From Candidatus Latescibacterota bacterium (lineage in GTDB: Bacteria > Latescibacterota > UBA2968 > GCA-2709665), in contig CAXXJS010000061.1 in assembly GCA_963662665.2 (NCBI GenBank), positions 1 to 64,000 on the forward strand: a DNA stretch of 64,000 bases. Direction: 5' to 3'. A program made the position numbers and the translations under genes. Numbering within the stretch: the first letter of the stretch is position 1; each line of letters opens with the position of its first letter. Under the pieces are notes generated by a model. The model had not been told where the DNA came from. It saw only the letters and a list, made by a program, of their open reading frames with translations, and did no database searches. Positions 29,094 through 38,888 of the stretch are shown one piece after another.

Positions 29094-29933
29094 ATGGGAG
29101 AAGTGAAAGTGAAGAAGGGTGAAGAAAGAAGCGAAGAGGAGGTCCTGGATTGGCTTCGTAGTGAATACGAGCAGCCATTTGAGGGATGGGATTTCTCATA
29201 TCTAAAAGGACGAAGGTTAGAGATTGGTTTTGACTTCTGGGACTATGCCTCAACTGCAGCAGACGCGGTACGCACAAGTCGTGTCGTTTTGGATCAGGAG
29301 ACAGGAGGCGGCAAGAGGTTCAAAAAAATTCTGGAGAGGTGCGCTTTCGAAGGGCGCGCCTGTGCGACGGAGGGTTATCCACCCAATGTATCTGTGGCTC
29401 GAAAGCGTCTGGAAGCACTCGGGGTTGAATTCCACGAGGTGTCTGATCCAGGCAAATTGCCTTTCGGGGATGAGACTTTCGATCTTCTTTTGAACCGTCA
29501 CGGGATGTGCACGTTCGTAGAGGAGTTTAGAGTGCTGAAGCCTGGTGGCGCGCTAATCACGGAGCAGGTGGGCAATGGAACAAACCTTGAAATCCATCAA
29601 TTGCTTGGAGTACCTCTACCGCAGTCCAATGAGCTTGGCAATTTGAGTGGTGCGCGTTCAGCCGCTGAGAAAGCGGGGTTCGCAGTAGTAAATGCAGCCG
29701 AAGCCTATCCGCTCACGCAGTATACCGATGTCGGCGCACTTGTATACTATCTGAAGTGTATCTCATGGCAGATTCCCGATTTCTCTGTTGAGCGTTTCTC
29801 TGACAAACTGTTGGAGTTGCACCGAAAGGTGTGCGAAGAAGGACGGGCCATCGACGTTTGTTTTCATCTGTATTTGCTGGTTCTCCAGAAACCTGGTGGA
29901 GACGGGCTTTTTGCGCGTCAGTTGAAACCTTGA
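29094..29933 (+). CDS. SAM-dependent methyltransferase (cassette)
   Basis: PFEGWDFS, LDQETGGG, LPFGDETFDL, LKPGG. Confidence 0.88.
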   Translation: MGEVKVKKGEERSEEEVLDWLRSEYEQPFEGWDFSYLKGRRLEIGFDFWDYASTAADAVRTSRVVLDQETGGGKRFKKILERCAFEGRACATEGYPPNVSVARKRLEALGVEFHEVSDPGKLPFGDETFDLLLNRHGMCTFVEEFRVLKPGGALITEQVGNGTNLEIHQLLGVPLPQSNELGNLSGARSAAEKAGFAVVNAAEAYPLTQYTDVGALVYYLKCISWQIPDFSVERFSDKLLELHRKVCEEGRAIDVCFHLYLLVLQKPGGDGLFARQLKP

Positions 29934-29958
29934 AGTGGATCCGAGAGCTTGCCACGGC

Positions 29959-30037
29959 AGGTAACAAGTGGCTCACGGCTCCGCTTCGCTCCGCACGAAC
30001 CCGCGATCGCGGGTTCGTGAGCCACTGAACGTCAGGC
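29959..30037 (+). repeat. attC site
   Basis: AGGTAAC-AAGTGGCTCACG...CGTGAGCCACT-GAAC-GTCAGGC; R'' complements GTTATCTGCC (29067) with one mismatch. Confidence 0.75.
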
Positions 30038-30190
30038 GAATGCCGAATTGAGATGGCTACAGGTTCGGAGTTGTCACGCGCCTACATGGGGCGCTGCTCG
30101 GCACAATCGAACGATCCTTACGTGTGGATGCAGGGCTGTAAATTCCATGGCGGAACGCAAGTCAGACCTTTCGGAGATGCGAGTGTCCAA

Positions 30191-32326
30191 ATGGGAACGA
30201 AGATAGGGCTGATCCTCCTCTCCCTCGCCGTCGGCGCCACGGCGACAGAGGAGGGCCTCGTGGCGCACTACAGGTTCGATGAGGGGGCCGGCTCCGTGGC
30301 CGGCGATGCCTCGGGCCACGGCCTCCAGGGCGCCATTCACGGGGCCGAGTACGTAGAACTGGATCAGGGGTACGCCCTCCGCTTCGACGGGGTGGATGAC
30401 TACGTGGAGATCCCGGACTCGGAGATGCTGAGACTCTCTGATGCGGTCACGGTGACCTGCTGGGTGAACACGCCCGTCAAATCCGGGCAGACCGTGCTGT
30501 CGAAGAACGGCTGCAGCACGCTGCGCCAGAACTACCGGCTCAGCCTCGGCCAGAACGCGGTCCGGTTCTCCCTGGTGGAGTGTCCCGAGCACGGAAAGAG
30601 CGCCGCCGGCGGAGGCGTCAAGCGGGACAGCTGGTTTCACCTGGCCGGTACGTACGACGGCGACGGGATCAGGGTCTACGTGAACGGCGGCCTGACAGGG
30701 AGGTACGGTGAGCCCTTCGTGACCGGCACCCTGGAGGCGCCGATGTACATCGGCGCCAGCTTCTACGGCTCCGGCCTGGGCGGCCACTACACGGGTCAGA
30801 TCGACGACGTCCGGGTGTACAACCGCGCCCTGTCAGACCGGGAGATCGCCGCTCAATACGAAGCGGCTAAGGACCTGAGGATATCGATGCGGGATCGCCT
30901 GATGGCACAGACCACGCCGGTGGTGGAGAGGGACACCAGGCCGCCGACGCTCGTGCTCCCCAGCCCCGCGCCGGACTCGAGGGTCGACGGTTCGCCGGTC
31001 ATCTCGGCTGTCTTCGATGACGAGGGCTCGGGCATCGACGTCGCCTCCGCGCGGGTCCTGCTGGACGGCGAGGACGTCACCGCCGCCGCCGCCGTAGCGG
31101 AGGGCGGATTCACCTTCTCGGATACTGAAGCTCTGGAAGACGGCATCCACCAGGTGGAGGTGGTCGTCACCGACCGCGCCGGCAACGCCGGCAATCGCCT
31201 GCGCTGGCGCTTCGGCGTTAACGAGCCGGTGCCATTGGAGTCGCGTTTCGACGGGGACGTGTTTCGCGTCAACGGCGAGCCCTTTTTTCCGGTGGGAATC
31301 TACTCGTCGAACGTCTCACCCACGAGCAGGATGCCCTATATCGCCCAGGCGGCCGAGGCCGGGATCAACTACAAGCTGATCGGCGAAGGCGCCGGGGAGA
31401 TGTTGGACGATCTGCTGGATCTCGGGATGAAGGGGCTGGTGCACGTATACTACGGCTCGCTGGCCCTGGGCAGGGGCGAGCCCGGGCAGCTCACGGAGGT
31501 GGTGGAGCAAACGAAGGACCACCCGGCCATGCTGGGATGGTGGAACGAGTACGCCAGCGTCAACCAGTCTCCCCTGGCGACCGAGACCTACGAGCTCATC
31601 CGGCAGCACGACACGGACCACCCGGTCATCTTCATGCTCACCTGGGGTGGGAGACTCAGCGATGCCTACTTTGTTTACAGCTACCCCATCCTGAACCCGC
31701 TGCTGCCCGACGACTCTGTCACCTCGATTTACGAGCTGATCCTCGACGATGCCTTCGAGACTGCGCGGGTGGAGGGCAAGGGCAAGCATGTGTGGTTCAT
31801 CTCCCAGGCCTTCGACTATCGTCTCGACAGCAAGCGTGGCGAGATCGTAACCCTCGAAGGGGGTTTCCGGCCCAGTCGCGAGGAGATCCGGTCCATGAAC
31901 TACCTCGCCCTGACGAGGGGTGTCAAAGGGCTTCTGTTCTACGCGCCCGGGGGCGAGATCCCCGGCACGGATTACACCGACGACGTGGCCATCTATCCGC
32001 GCCAATGGACCGAGGTGCTCAAGGTCGCCAGCGAGGTGCGACACCTGGCCCCGACACTGGCGGCGGGCACCCAGGTACGGCGCGTGCAGCTCGAGCAGGA
32101 GGGCGACGCCATTCACTTCCTCGAGCGGCTGCACGACGGCGTCCACACCCTGATCGCGGTCAACGTGGAACCGGCCCTGGTCCTGGGCACGTGGCGGTTC
32201 GACGGACCGGTTCAGCCCAAGGTGCTGTTCGAGGATCGCATGGCGCAGAGCGAGTCCAGTGAGTTCATCGATCTGTTCCTGCCACTGGAGGTCCACGTGT
32301 ACCAGTGGACGGAGGCCCGAGAATGA
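30191..32326 (+). CDS. Secreted LamG-like, Ig-like and putative glycoside hydrolase domain protein
   Basis: Signal peptide, LVAHYRFDEG, WFHLAGTYDG, IDDVRVYNRAL, NGEPFFPVG, HPAMLGWW. Confidence 0.75.
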   Translation: MGTKIGLILLSLAVGATATEEGLVAHYRFDEGAGSVAGDASGHGLQGAIHGAEYVELDQGYALRFDGVDDYVEIPDSEMLRLSDAVTVTCWVNTPVKSGQTVLSKNGCSTLRQNYRLSLGQNAVRFSLVECPEHGKSAAGGGVKRDSWFHLAGTYDGDGIRVYVNGGLTGRYGEPFVTGTLEAPMYIGASFYGSGLGGHYTGQIDDVRVYNRALSDREIAAQYEAAKDLRISMRDRLMAQTTPVVERDTRPPTLVLPSPAPDSRVDGSPVISAVFDDEGSGIDVASARVLLDGEDVTAAAAVAEGGFTFSDTEALEDGIHQVEVVVTDRAGNAGNRLRWRFGVNEPVPLESRFDGDVFRVNGEPFFPVGIYSSNVSPTSRMPYIAQAAEAGINYKLIGEGAGEMLDDLLDLGMKGLVHVYYGSLALGRGEPGQLTEVVEQTKDHPAMLGWWNEYASVNQSPLATETYELIRQHDTDHPVIFMLTWGGRLSDAYFVYSYPILNPLLPDDSVTSIYELILDDAFETARVEGKGKHVWFISQAFDYRLDSKRGEIVTLEGGFRPSREEIRSMNYLALTRGVKGLLFYAPGGEIPGTDYTDDVAIYPRQWTEVLKVASEVRHLAPTLAAGTQVRRVQLEQEGDAIHFLERLHDGVHTLIAVNVEPALVLGTWRFDGPVQPKVLFEDRMAQSESSEFIDLFLPLEVHVYQWTEARE

Positions 32327-32343
32327 ACCAGGGCTGGCAAATC

Positions 32344-32426
32344 ATATGACACGCTCGTGCCCGGCTTCGGACATCCGCCCTTCGCGCAACCGCATTCGCG
32401 GTTCGTGCACCGCGGGAACGTTAACG
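32344..32426 (+). repeat. attC site (degenerate R'')
   Basis: ATATGAC...GTTAACG; internal AACCGC/GCGGTT hairpin. Confidence 0.65.
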
Positions 32427-32459
32427 GAAATCGCCGCTCCCATCCCAAAGGAGGGAAAA

Positions 32460-33773
32460 ATGAAACTCTGGGTATTCACCTGCAGCGACAGCCCGTTCGA
32501 ACACTGGCTCGACGGGTTCGAGGAGCGGTTCGACGCATGGGAGGATGGCGGCGTGAGGGGCTTGGCCGTCGGCCGCATGTCATTCCTCCAGGAGGATGGC
32601 ACCACCATTCCGGCGTGGGCTCCCGACCCGAAGGTGTACGAGGCTCTCGGGGCGGAAGTCCCGGAGCAGCGTCCGCGCGACCTCTCGAAAGAGAAGAAGC
32701 TGCACGCAATGCTGGACAATGCCGCGGAGCGGGGCTGGCGACTGCTGATTTTCGCCGGAGGCGGCCCGACCGCCCACGTGCAGGACCAGATGAACGCCTT
32801 TCCACAGGTGCACGGCGTCGTTGTCGACGGTCCGGGCGAAAACCACTACGAGCTGGCCTTCCACCACGGGGGCGAACTCCTGGAGATCCGTCCGGGTGAG
32901 GAGGCCCGGTTCGCCCAGGTCGGCGCCGAGATGGATCGAATACAACGCGGCATCACCCACTTTCGGGAGCGTCTGCACAATCTGACACCGGAAATGGTGC
33001 GGTACCACGCCGACGGGGGGATGCTGGGGGCAATGCTCCTGTTCGACGTCAACGAGGACGTACTCTACTGGCTGCGCAAGCGGCAGGAGCGCTCTCGCTT
33101 CGACTGGCAGTACATGCGGCAACAGGTCGACGCCGTCGACCGCAAGGTGGAGCTGGGCGGTATCCCGCGGGCCGTGTCGTGGTCATCGCTCACCGGACAG
33201 AATTACTGTCAGATGGCGGAGTATTTCGACTATATTTTTCCGAAACACTATTTTTGGCACCGCGGCATGGACGGGATGTACGGAACCATATCCCGCTGGG
33301 TAAGACGGTTGCGAAAGTGGAATCCGTCCTTGAGCGAGGCGGAGTGTTTCGCCGTCGTGAAGGCGCTGTTGGGCATCGAGCTGCCTGGTGTCAACTCGCT
33401 GATGGATATGGAGATGGGTTTCCCGGACGAATTCTTCTCCAGGGTGGTCTACAACGAGACTCGGCGGGCCCTGGCGGCCATAGGTGATCCCGACAAGGTG
33501 ATCGCCTGGGTGTCCACGGGTCGGCGCCCCCACGGCGGCGACCCGATGCAGGCGCGCGATCTCTACGGCATCCTGACTGCTTCGCAGGAGGCGGGGTTGA
33601 AGCGCTTTCTGTACCATCCCGAGCCGGATTTCGGGGCGGCGGAATGGACCATCATCTCGTCGATGTGCGGAAACCAATGGGATGAAGACGCCGGCGGGTA
33701 CTGGCCGACGGGGACCGACAAGCCAGGGTTCTGGGACGGCGGGCGCGAGGTACCCGAAGAGGGCCGAATATGA
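32460..33773 (+). CDS. Uncharacterised protein, paralog of 12558-13934
   Basis: Colinear similarity; GGAGG RBS. Confidence 0.8.
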   Translation: MKLWVFTCSDSPFEHWLDGFEERFDAWEDGGVRGLAVGRMSFLQEDGTTIPAWAPDPKVYEALGAEVPEQRPRDLSKEKKLHAMLDNAAERGWRLLIFAGGGPTAHVQDQMNAFPQVHGVVVDGPGENHYELAFHHGGELLEIRPGEEARFAQVGAEMDRIQRGITHFRERLHNLTPEMVRYHADGGMLGAMLLFDVNEDVLYWLRKRQERSRFDWQYMRQQVDAVDRKVELGGIPRAVSWSSLTGQNYCQMAEYFDYIFPKHYFWHRGMDGMYGTISRWVRRLRKWNPSLSEAECFAVVKALLGIELPGVNSLMDMEMGFPDEFFSRVVYNETRRALAAIGDPDKVIAWVSTGRRPHGGDPMQARDLYGILTASQEAGLKRFLYHPEPDFGAAEWTIISSMCGNQWDEDAGGYWPTGTDKPGFWDGGREVPEEGRI

Positions 33774-33863
33774 GCAGGATCCTTGACTCGTTGCGGGAGC
33801 GTTTCCCGCGGGCGCGGACGATGGCCTGGTTCGACAACGCTCGTCCCATCCCGGAGATGTGAA

Positions 33864-34625
33864 ATGAAAGATTCCCTGTCATATTCCGTTGGGATAATTG
33901 CAGATATTCACGGCAACGTGGCTGCACTCAACGCTGTTATTGAGGATCTGCAAAGCCAACCCTACAATTGTCTGGTGGTCGCCGGCGACCTGGTGCTGAA
34001 CGGACCCCGCCCGGTCGAGAGCCTTGACGCGGTACGAAATCTGGGCGCTCCCACGATTTACGGGAACGCAGACCTGTTGGTCTTTGATGAACAGTATTCC
34101 GGGGAGAGACTGGACTGGGTGAGGGAGAAGCTGGGAACAGATGGCTTGAGCTATCTAAGGAATCTGCCCTTTGAGCACCGGATAACCCCACCCGGAGGGC
34201 AGTCTCCGGAGGATGATCTTCTCATTGTCCATGCAACGCCGACTGATGTGGCCGGTTTCTTGGTTCTTCAACCTGATCAGGATCCGTTCAGGCCTCTGAC
34301 CGTTACGCCAGACGAGGAGGCCGGGACACTGCTCGGGGATGCGATGGCCAATCTGATTGTGGCGGGTCACCTGCACTATGCGGCCAATGGCGTTCCGTGC
34401 GGTCAGCGGTATAGCATCATTGATTCAGTTGGGTTTCCGTTTGACGGGGATCATCGAGTCGGATATGCCAGCGTGTGGTGGGATGGGCAGGAATGGCATG
34501 TGGAGAATCACAGATTGAGTTACGATTACCACAGGGTTGTGGAGGATGTCAGGGGTTGTGGTGCGCCTTTTGGTGAGTTGTCGGCCCAAAGGATTCTTCA
34601 AACCAGATTCAGGCCGGTCATGTAG
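33864..34625 (+). CDS. Calcineurin-like metallophosphoesterase
   Basis: ADIHGN, AGDLV, GNAD, GHLH. Confidence 0.88.
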   Translation: MKDSLSYSVGIIADIHGNVAALNAVIEDLQSQPYNCLVVAGDLVLNGPRPVESLDAVRNLGAPTIYGNADLLVFDEQYSGERLDWVREKLGTDGLSYLRNLPFEHRITPPGGQSPEDDLLIVHATPTDVAGFLVLQPDQDPFRPLTVTPDEEAGTLLGDAMANLIVAGHLHYAANGVPCGQRYSIIDSVGFPFDGDHRVGYASVWWDGQEWHVENHRLSYDYHRVVEDVRGCGAPFGELSAQRILQTRFRPVM

Positions 34626-34740
34626 AATCAGAAGCCTGATGTTGCGCGCTGTGTGTCTGCCCGTGACAGGCTTCGCCGCGATGGGGCTGCCGGCGGTTAA
34701 CAGGCCGTTATGCGAAGCAGCGGAAAGGAAATGAAGCGCC

Positions 34741-35397
34741 ATGCTGAAAGCCATTCTTTGGGACAACGACGGCGTCCTGGTCGACACCGAAGGCCTGTAT
34801 TTCCAGGCCTGCCGCGAAACCCTTGAACCCCTCGGCGTCCGCCTGAGCGAAGCCCGTTTTATCGAGTCCTTCCTCAAGGCCAGCGATGGTCTTACCAGGA
34901 TCGCCGCCGAACACGGCATTGACGAACAGGCGCTGGAGTCCGCCCGCATCTGGCGCAACGCCCGCTATACCGAACGCTTGCGCGCCGGCGTACCCGTCAT
35001 CGACGGCGCTCGCCAGGTGCTGCGCCAACTTCACGGCACCGTGCGCATGGGCATCGTCACCAGTTCGCGGCGGGAGCACTTTGAGATCATCCACGCCGCC
35101 ACCGGCCTGCTGGACTGCATCGATTTCACGCTTGTGCGCGAAGACTACCGGCATTCCAAGCCGGACCCCGAGCCCTACCTCACGGCCATGCGGCAAAACG
35201 GCCTTAGCGCCGCCGAATGCGTCGTTATTGAAGACTCGGACCGGGGGCTGCGCGCCGCACTGGCGGCCGGGCTGCGCTGCATCGTCATACCGCAGGGCCT
35301 GACGCGCGGCCTGGACTTCACCGGCGCCACGCGGCAACTGACCGATATCCGTCAGGTCCCACCGCTGATCCATGAACTGATGCAAACTCAACCCTGA
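34741..35397 (+). CDS. HAD family phosphatase
   Basis: WDNDGVLVDTE, KPDPEPY, IEDS; stop codon falls inside MITE copy 3. Confidence 0.92.
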   Translation: MLKAILWDNDGVLVDTEGLYFQACRETLEPLGVRLSEARFIESFLKASDGLTRIAAEHGIDEQALESARIWRNARYTERLRAGVPVIDGARQVLRQLHGTVRMGIVTSSRREHFEIIHAATGLLDCIDFTLVREDYRHSKPDPEPYLTAMRQNGLSAAECVVIEDSDRGLRAALAAGLRCIVIPQGLTRGLDFTGATRQLTDIRQVPPLIHELMQTQP

Positions 35398-35582
35398 TTT
35401 ATCATTTTTCGGGGACGTTAATTCGCATATACGCAAGTGTATAAGGGCGATTTGAAGTCGGATTTCTAGGAACCTTCAGGTCGCTGGACGTGAACGGAAA
35501 AAATGTCCATTTCAATGACCGACTCGACCCAATTTGGAAAGACTTTTCGCGGCACCGCGTTGTTGCTTTTGTGTAATTAAGC
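35392..35582 (-). mobile_element. ~190-bp MITE-like element, copy 3 (diverged)
   Basis: Reverse-complement homolog; TCAA on both flanks. Confidence 0.65.
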
Positions 35583-35601
35583 TCAATGCCGGGAGAAACC
35601 A

Positions 35602-37059
35602 ATGACGGACGAGAAAGCGGCCTTCCTATTCATTGACAATACGTTAATAGAGAGTCTCGACAACGTCGTGCAAGGGGTCGTATCCGCAAAGAAGGTTTCG
35701 CAACAGCCGCTGATTGAGAAGGATCGGGCCTGGGAAGAGGAGTGGCTGATGGGCGGCTACGTCAACGTCCTGTACGATGACGACGAAAATATCTTCAAGA
35801 TGTGGTACGGAGTGAGCAGAAGACTGAGCGAAGCGCGTGGCGACGTGGCGGACGGACTGGCCTACGCCGTGTCCCAAGACGGGATCCACTGGGAAAAACC
35901 CGTCCTCAACCTCGTCGAGGACAGCGGCAGCAAAGAGAATAACCTGGTTTTTCCCTTCTTGAGGTGGGGGGCCGGGACAGGAGTCATGAAAGACCCCGTC
36001 GAAACAGACCCAGCCAAGCGCTACAAGATGCTCTTTATGTTCCAGAGTGGAGACATGATATTTGCCGGCATAGTCCAGCCGGTCTGTGTGGCGTATTCTG
36101 CCGACGGGATTCATTGGAACGTGCCCCAACGCTGGCTCAACCCGGTCATTCCACAGGGCTCGGATACCCACCTGGTCGCTTATTGGGATGCGAAAATCCA
36201 CCGCTACGTCGTTTATCTGCGGGGCCGGCCTAACGTGCGCATCATTTGCATGGCCGAGAGCGATGATTTCGAAAACTGGACCCCGCGCAAGATCATCGTC
36301 GCACCCGATGAGCACGACCCCCCGCAGGACCAGGAGTTTTACGGCATGAGTTCGCTGGCGTATCGCGACTTTCGTATCGGCTTCCTGTCGGTGTTTCACA
36401 CGCTCCACGAGGGGTGGATCGCCCGAAACCGGATCGAAGATTGGATGCCCGAATGGATGAACCGGATGGACATTCAGTTGACCTACTCGAAGAACGGCCG
36501 GACCTGGCATCGGGCGGGCAACCGTGAACCCATTCTGGAATGTGGCCCCCGCGGTAGCCACGACAGTGGAAATGTCTATCCGTCTCACGCCCCCTTTGTC
36601 CACGGCGACGAGATCTGGGTCTATCACAGCTGCTCAAACGAATTGCACGGCGAGGGGACGCGCTACGGCGAAGAATCCCGGCGGGGAATCAATCTGGCAA
36701 AGGTCGAAAAGGATCGGCTGGTCTGTCTGAAGACGGAGGCGCAGGGGGTCGTGACCACGGTCCCGCTGAGTATCGAGCCCAATGCATTGTGGATCAACGC
36801 CGATGCGACCGGCGGGTCACTGCGAGTGGAGATACTCGATCCGTTTGATCGGGTCGTGCCGGGTTTTGGCAAAGAAGACTGCAGACTCTTCTCAGCGAAT
36901 GAAACAGAATACCGGGTACAATGGAAAAGCGATCCGCAAGGCGCAGTCGGGGATAAAGAGGGCGGGCTCGAAGAGAAGATGGTCTCACAGGCACGCGGGG
37001 GGATCAAGGTCAAAGTGTACCTTGACCGCGCCAGGCTATTTGCTCTTTATGCGTCCTGA
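35602..37059 (+). CDS. Five-bladed beta-propeller glycosidase-like protein (GH32/43/130-like)
   Basis: Repeated S.DG..W motifs, WEKPVL, KRYKM. Confidence 0.7.
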   Translation: MTDEKAAFLFIDNTLIESLDNVVQGVVSAKKVSQQPLIEKDRAWEEEWLMGGYVNVLYDDDENIFKMWYGVSRRLSEARGDVADGLAYAVSQDGIHWEKPVLNLVEDSGSKENNLVFPFLRWGAGTGVMKDPVETDPAKRYKMLFMFQSGDMIFAGIVQPVCVAYSADGIHWNVPQRWLNPVIPQGSDTHLVAYWDAKIHRYVVYLRGRPNVRIICMAESDDFENWTPRKIIVAPDEHDPPQDQEFYGMSSLAYRDFRIGFLSVFHTLHEGWIARNRIEDWMPEWMNRMDIQLTYSKNGRTWHRAGNREPILECGPRGSHDSGNVYPSHAPFVHGDEIWVYHSCSNELHGEGTRYGEESRRGINLAKVEKDRLVCLKTEAQGVVTTVPLSIEPNALWINADATGGSLRVEILDPFDRVVPGFGKEDCRLFSANETEYRVQWKSDPQGAVGDKEGGLEEKMVSQARGGIKVKVYLDRARLFALYAS

Positions 37060-37180
37060 AGCCATTTAGGGATTCAACAACCATCCACGGCGAATAAACT
37101 GTATCTGGCTTTTCAGCAACGAGTGGAACTTGCCGAACTTTCTCCCCAGAATCGCAAGTCAGGCCGTTCGGAGGTCCGCT

Positions 37181-38308
37181 ATGAAGTGGGAACTGCTGCA
37201 TCCGGACCAGGAGCAAGCCGAGGATGTACCCTGTAAGCGGGCGGCCTTCGGCGGAATGTTGAGCGACGATGGATCCGTCTACCTGTTCGGTGGGATAAAG
37301 GTGATGTACGGCCGGCCGCAAGGGCCTGGAGATCTTTCCGTCCAGGGCTCATTGAACGACCTGTGGCGCTACGACCCGGGTCGAGGCCGGTGGACGCGGT
37401 TGGAAGACCACGACGGGCGCATCGGGTTCAGTCCGTCCGATACCAGACCATGTACCCGGAAGCTCACGACCTGGCTGCCCGTGAACGGCAGGCTTTATCT
37501 TTTTGGCGGGTCTTCAGTGCGGGGTCCCGGCAAGCGGGAGATCAAGCTGAACGATCTCTGGGCCTACGATCCGAAGACAGCCTCGTGGGAGCTGATAGAG
37601 CCCGACGACGGGCGCGCATCAGGAATAACGGCGGATGGACATCGACCCGCCGGGTACGGCGGTATGGGGGCGGCCGTTCTGGGTGATAGCCTGTATCTGA
37701 TGGGGGGACATGGCGCGATGACGCACGCACAGCTGTGGACCTGCGAGGCATCGGCCGGGAAATGGGAGTACCTTGGGCCTGCATCGAATGGGCGCAACGG
37801 CTGGCCGCCGAAACGATACTGTCCCGTGCTGGCCGGCTGGAACGGCAGGCTCTACCTGTGGGGCGGTCGGGACAGTCAGAGTCGAGCGCCGGAGTTCTAC
37901 AACGATCTGTGGGAATACGATCCCGACGGAGGCGTCTGGACCTGCATTCAGGAGAACCGGGCGGATGATGATACACGGCCTTCCCCTCGGTACGGGCTGG
38001 GATACGCCGTGATTGGAGATCACCTGTATCTGTTCGGAGGATTTGCAGGAGGAGAAGGGGAGCATCCCCAGCTGAACGATCTGTGGACGTACGATCTTCG
38101 TGCCGGCCGGTGGGAATGTCTATGTCCGCACAACGGTGCGAAGGATTACTCTGCCGGCGCCGAACGTCCCGGTGTCAGGCGAATCCCCGTTATGACAGTG
38201 GAGGGCGAGTCCGTCTATCTCTTCGGGGGGCTGGACCTGGCGACCGGGCCGCACGGGGAGGGGCCGCTGGCGGCGTACAACGATTTCTGGCGCGGAACAC
38301 CGGGCTGA
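37181..38308 (+). CDS. Kelch repeat protein
   Basis: Repeated LYLFGG...NDLW.YD units. Confidence 0.9.
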   Translation: MKWELLHPDQEQAEDVPCKRAAFGGMLSDDGSVYLFGGIKVMYGRPQGPGDLSVQGSLNDLWRYDPGRGRWTRLEDHDGRIGFSPSDTRPCTRKLTTWLPVNGRLYLFGGSSVRGPGKREIKLNDLWAYDPKTASWELIEPDDGRASGITADGHRPAGYGGMGAAVLGDSLYLMGGHGAMTHAQLWTCEASAGKWEYLGPASNGRNGWPPKRYCPVLAGWNGRLYLWGGRDSQSRAPEFYNDLWEYDPDGGVWTCIQENRADDDTRPSPRYGLGYAVIGDHLYLFGGFAGGEGEHPQLNDLWTYDLRAGRWECLCPHNGAKDYSAGAERPGVRRIPVMTVEGESVYLFGGLDLATGPHGEGPLAAYNDFWRGTPG

Positions 38309-38324
38309 CAGGTTCATATAATTG

Positions 38325-38762
38325 CTATCGTATGGCCACGCTGTCGTCGGTATCAAGAGCGTCAGCAATCCGCTGCGCGTATCCCCTCATAAGTGGCGGT
38401 AGTGCGTCTCTGCCGAAGAATTCAAATCCATAGGTTTCCGGATTTGGTTTGAACTCGCCCTCCGCTGATTTCGCTAGAAAGACCAGCGCTACAACCTGAT
38501 ACTGTGGCCCCAGGTGAAGGTATAGTGAGTCGCCTGGGTCCGAGTATACGCCCGAAAGTCCACATATGTCTACCGCAAGCCCAGTTTCCTCTTCCACTTC
38601 TCGAAAAGCTGTATCGAGAATCCTCTCCCCAGGTTCCATAAATCCCCCGGGGAGAGCCCATTCGTTGTTGTCTTTGCGTTTGACTAAAAGGATCCAGCCT
38701 CGTTCATCGAGGATCACGCATTCGGCGACGATTTTGGGTGTTATAAGCTCCTTGAAAGGCAT
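38325..38762 (-). CDS. NUDIX hydrolase
   Basis: PGGFMEPGE...REVEEETGL. Confidence 0.9.
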   Translation of the reverse strand: MPFKELITPKIVAECVILDERGWILLVKRKDNNEWALPGGFMEPGERILDTAFREVEEETGLAVDICGLSGVYSDPGDSLYLHLGPQYQVVALVFLAKSAEGEFKPNPETYGFEFFGRDALPPLMRGYAQRIADALDTDDSVAIR

Positions 38763-38888
38763 TCTAACCCCTCCTCTTCAACAGACGGTGCTTTGCTTAT
38801 TTGGTTCCCAAGGGCTTACCAAGAGTGCCGTGAGCGAAGCGTTGGCTGACTGTAATAACACTGATTTCTTGTTTGATGCACGGCTCCT

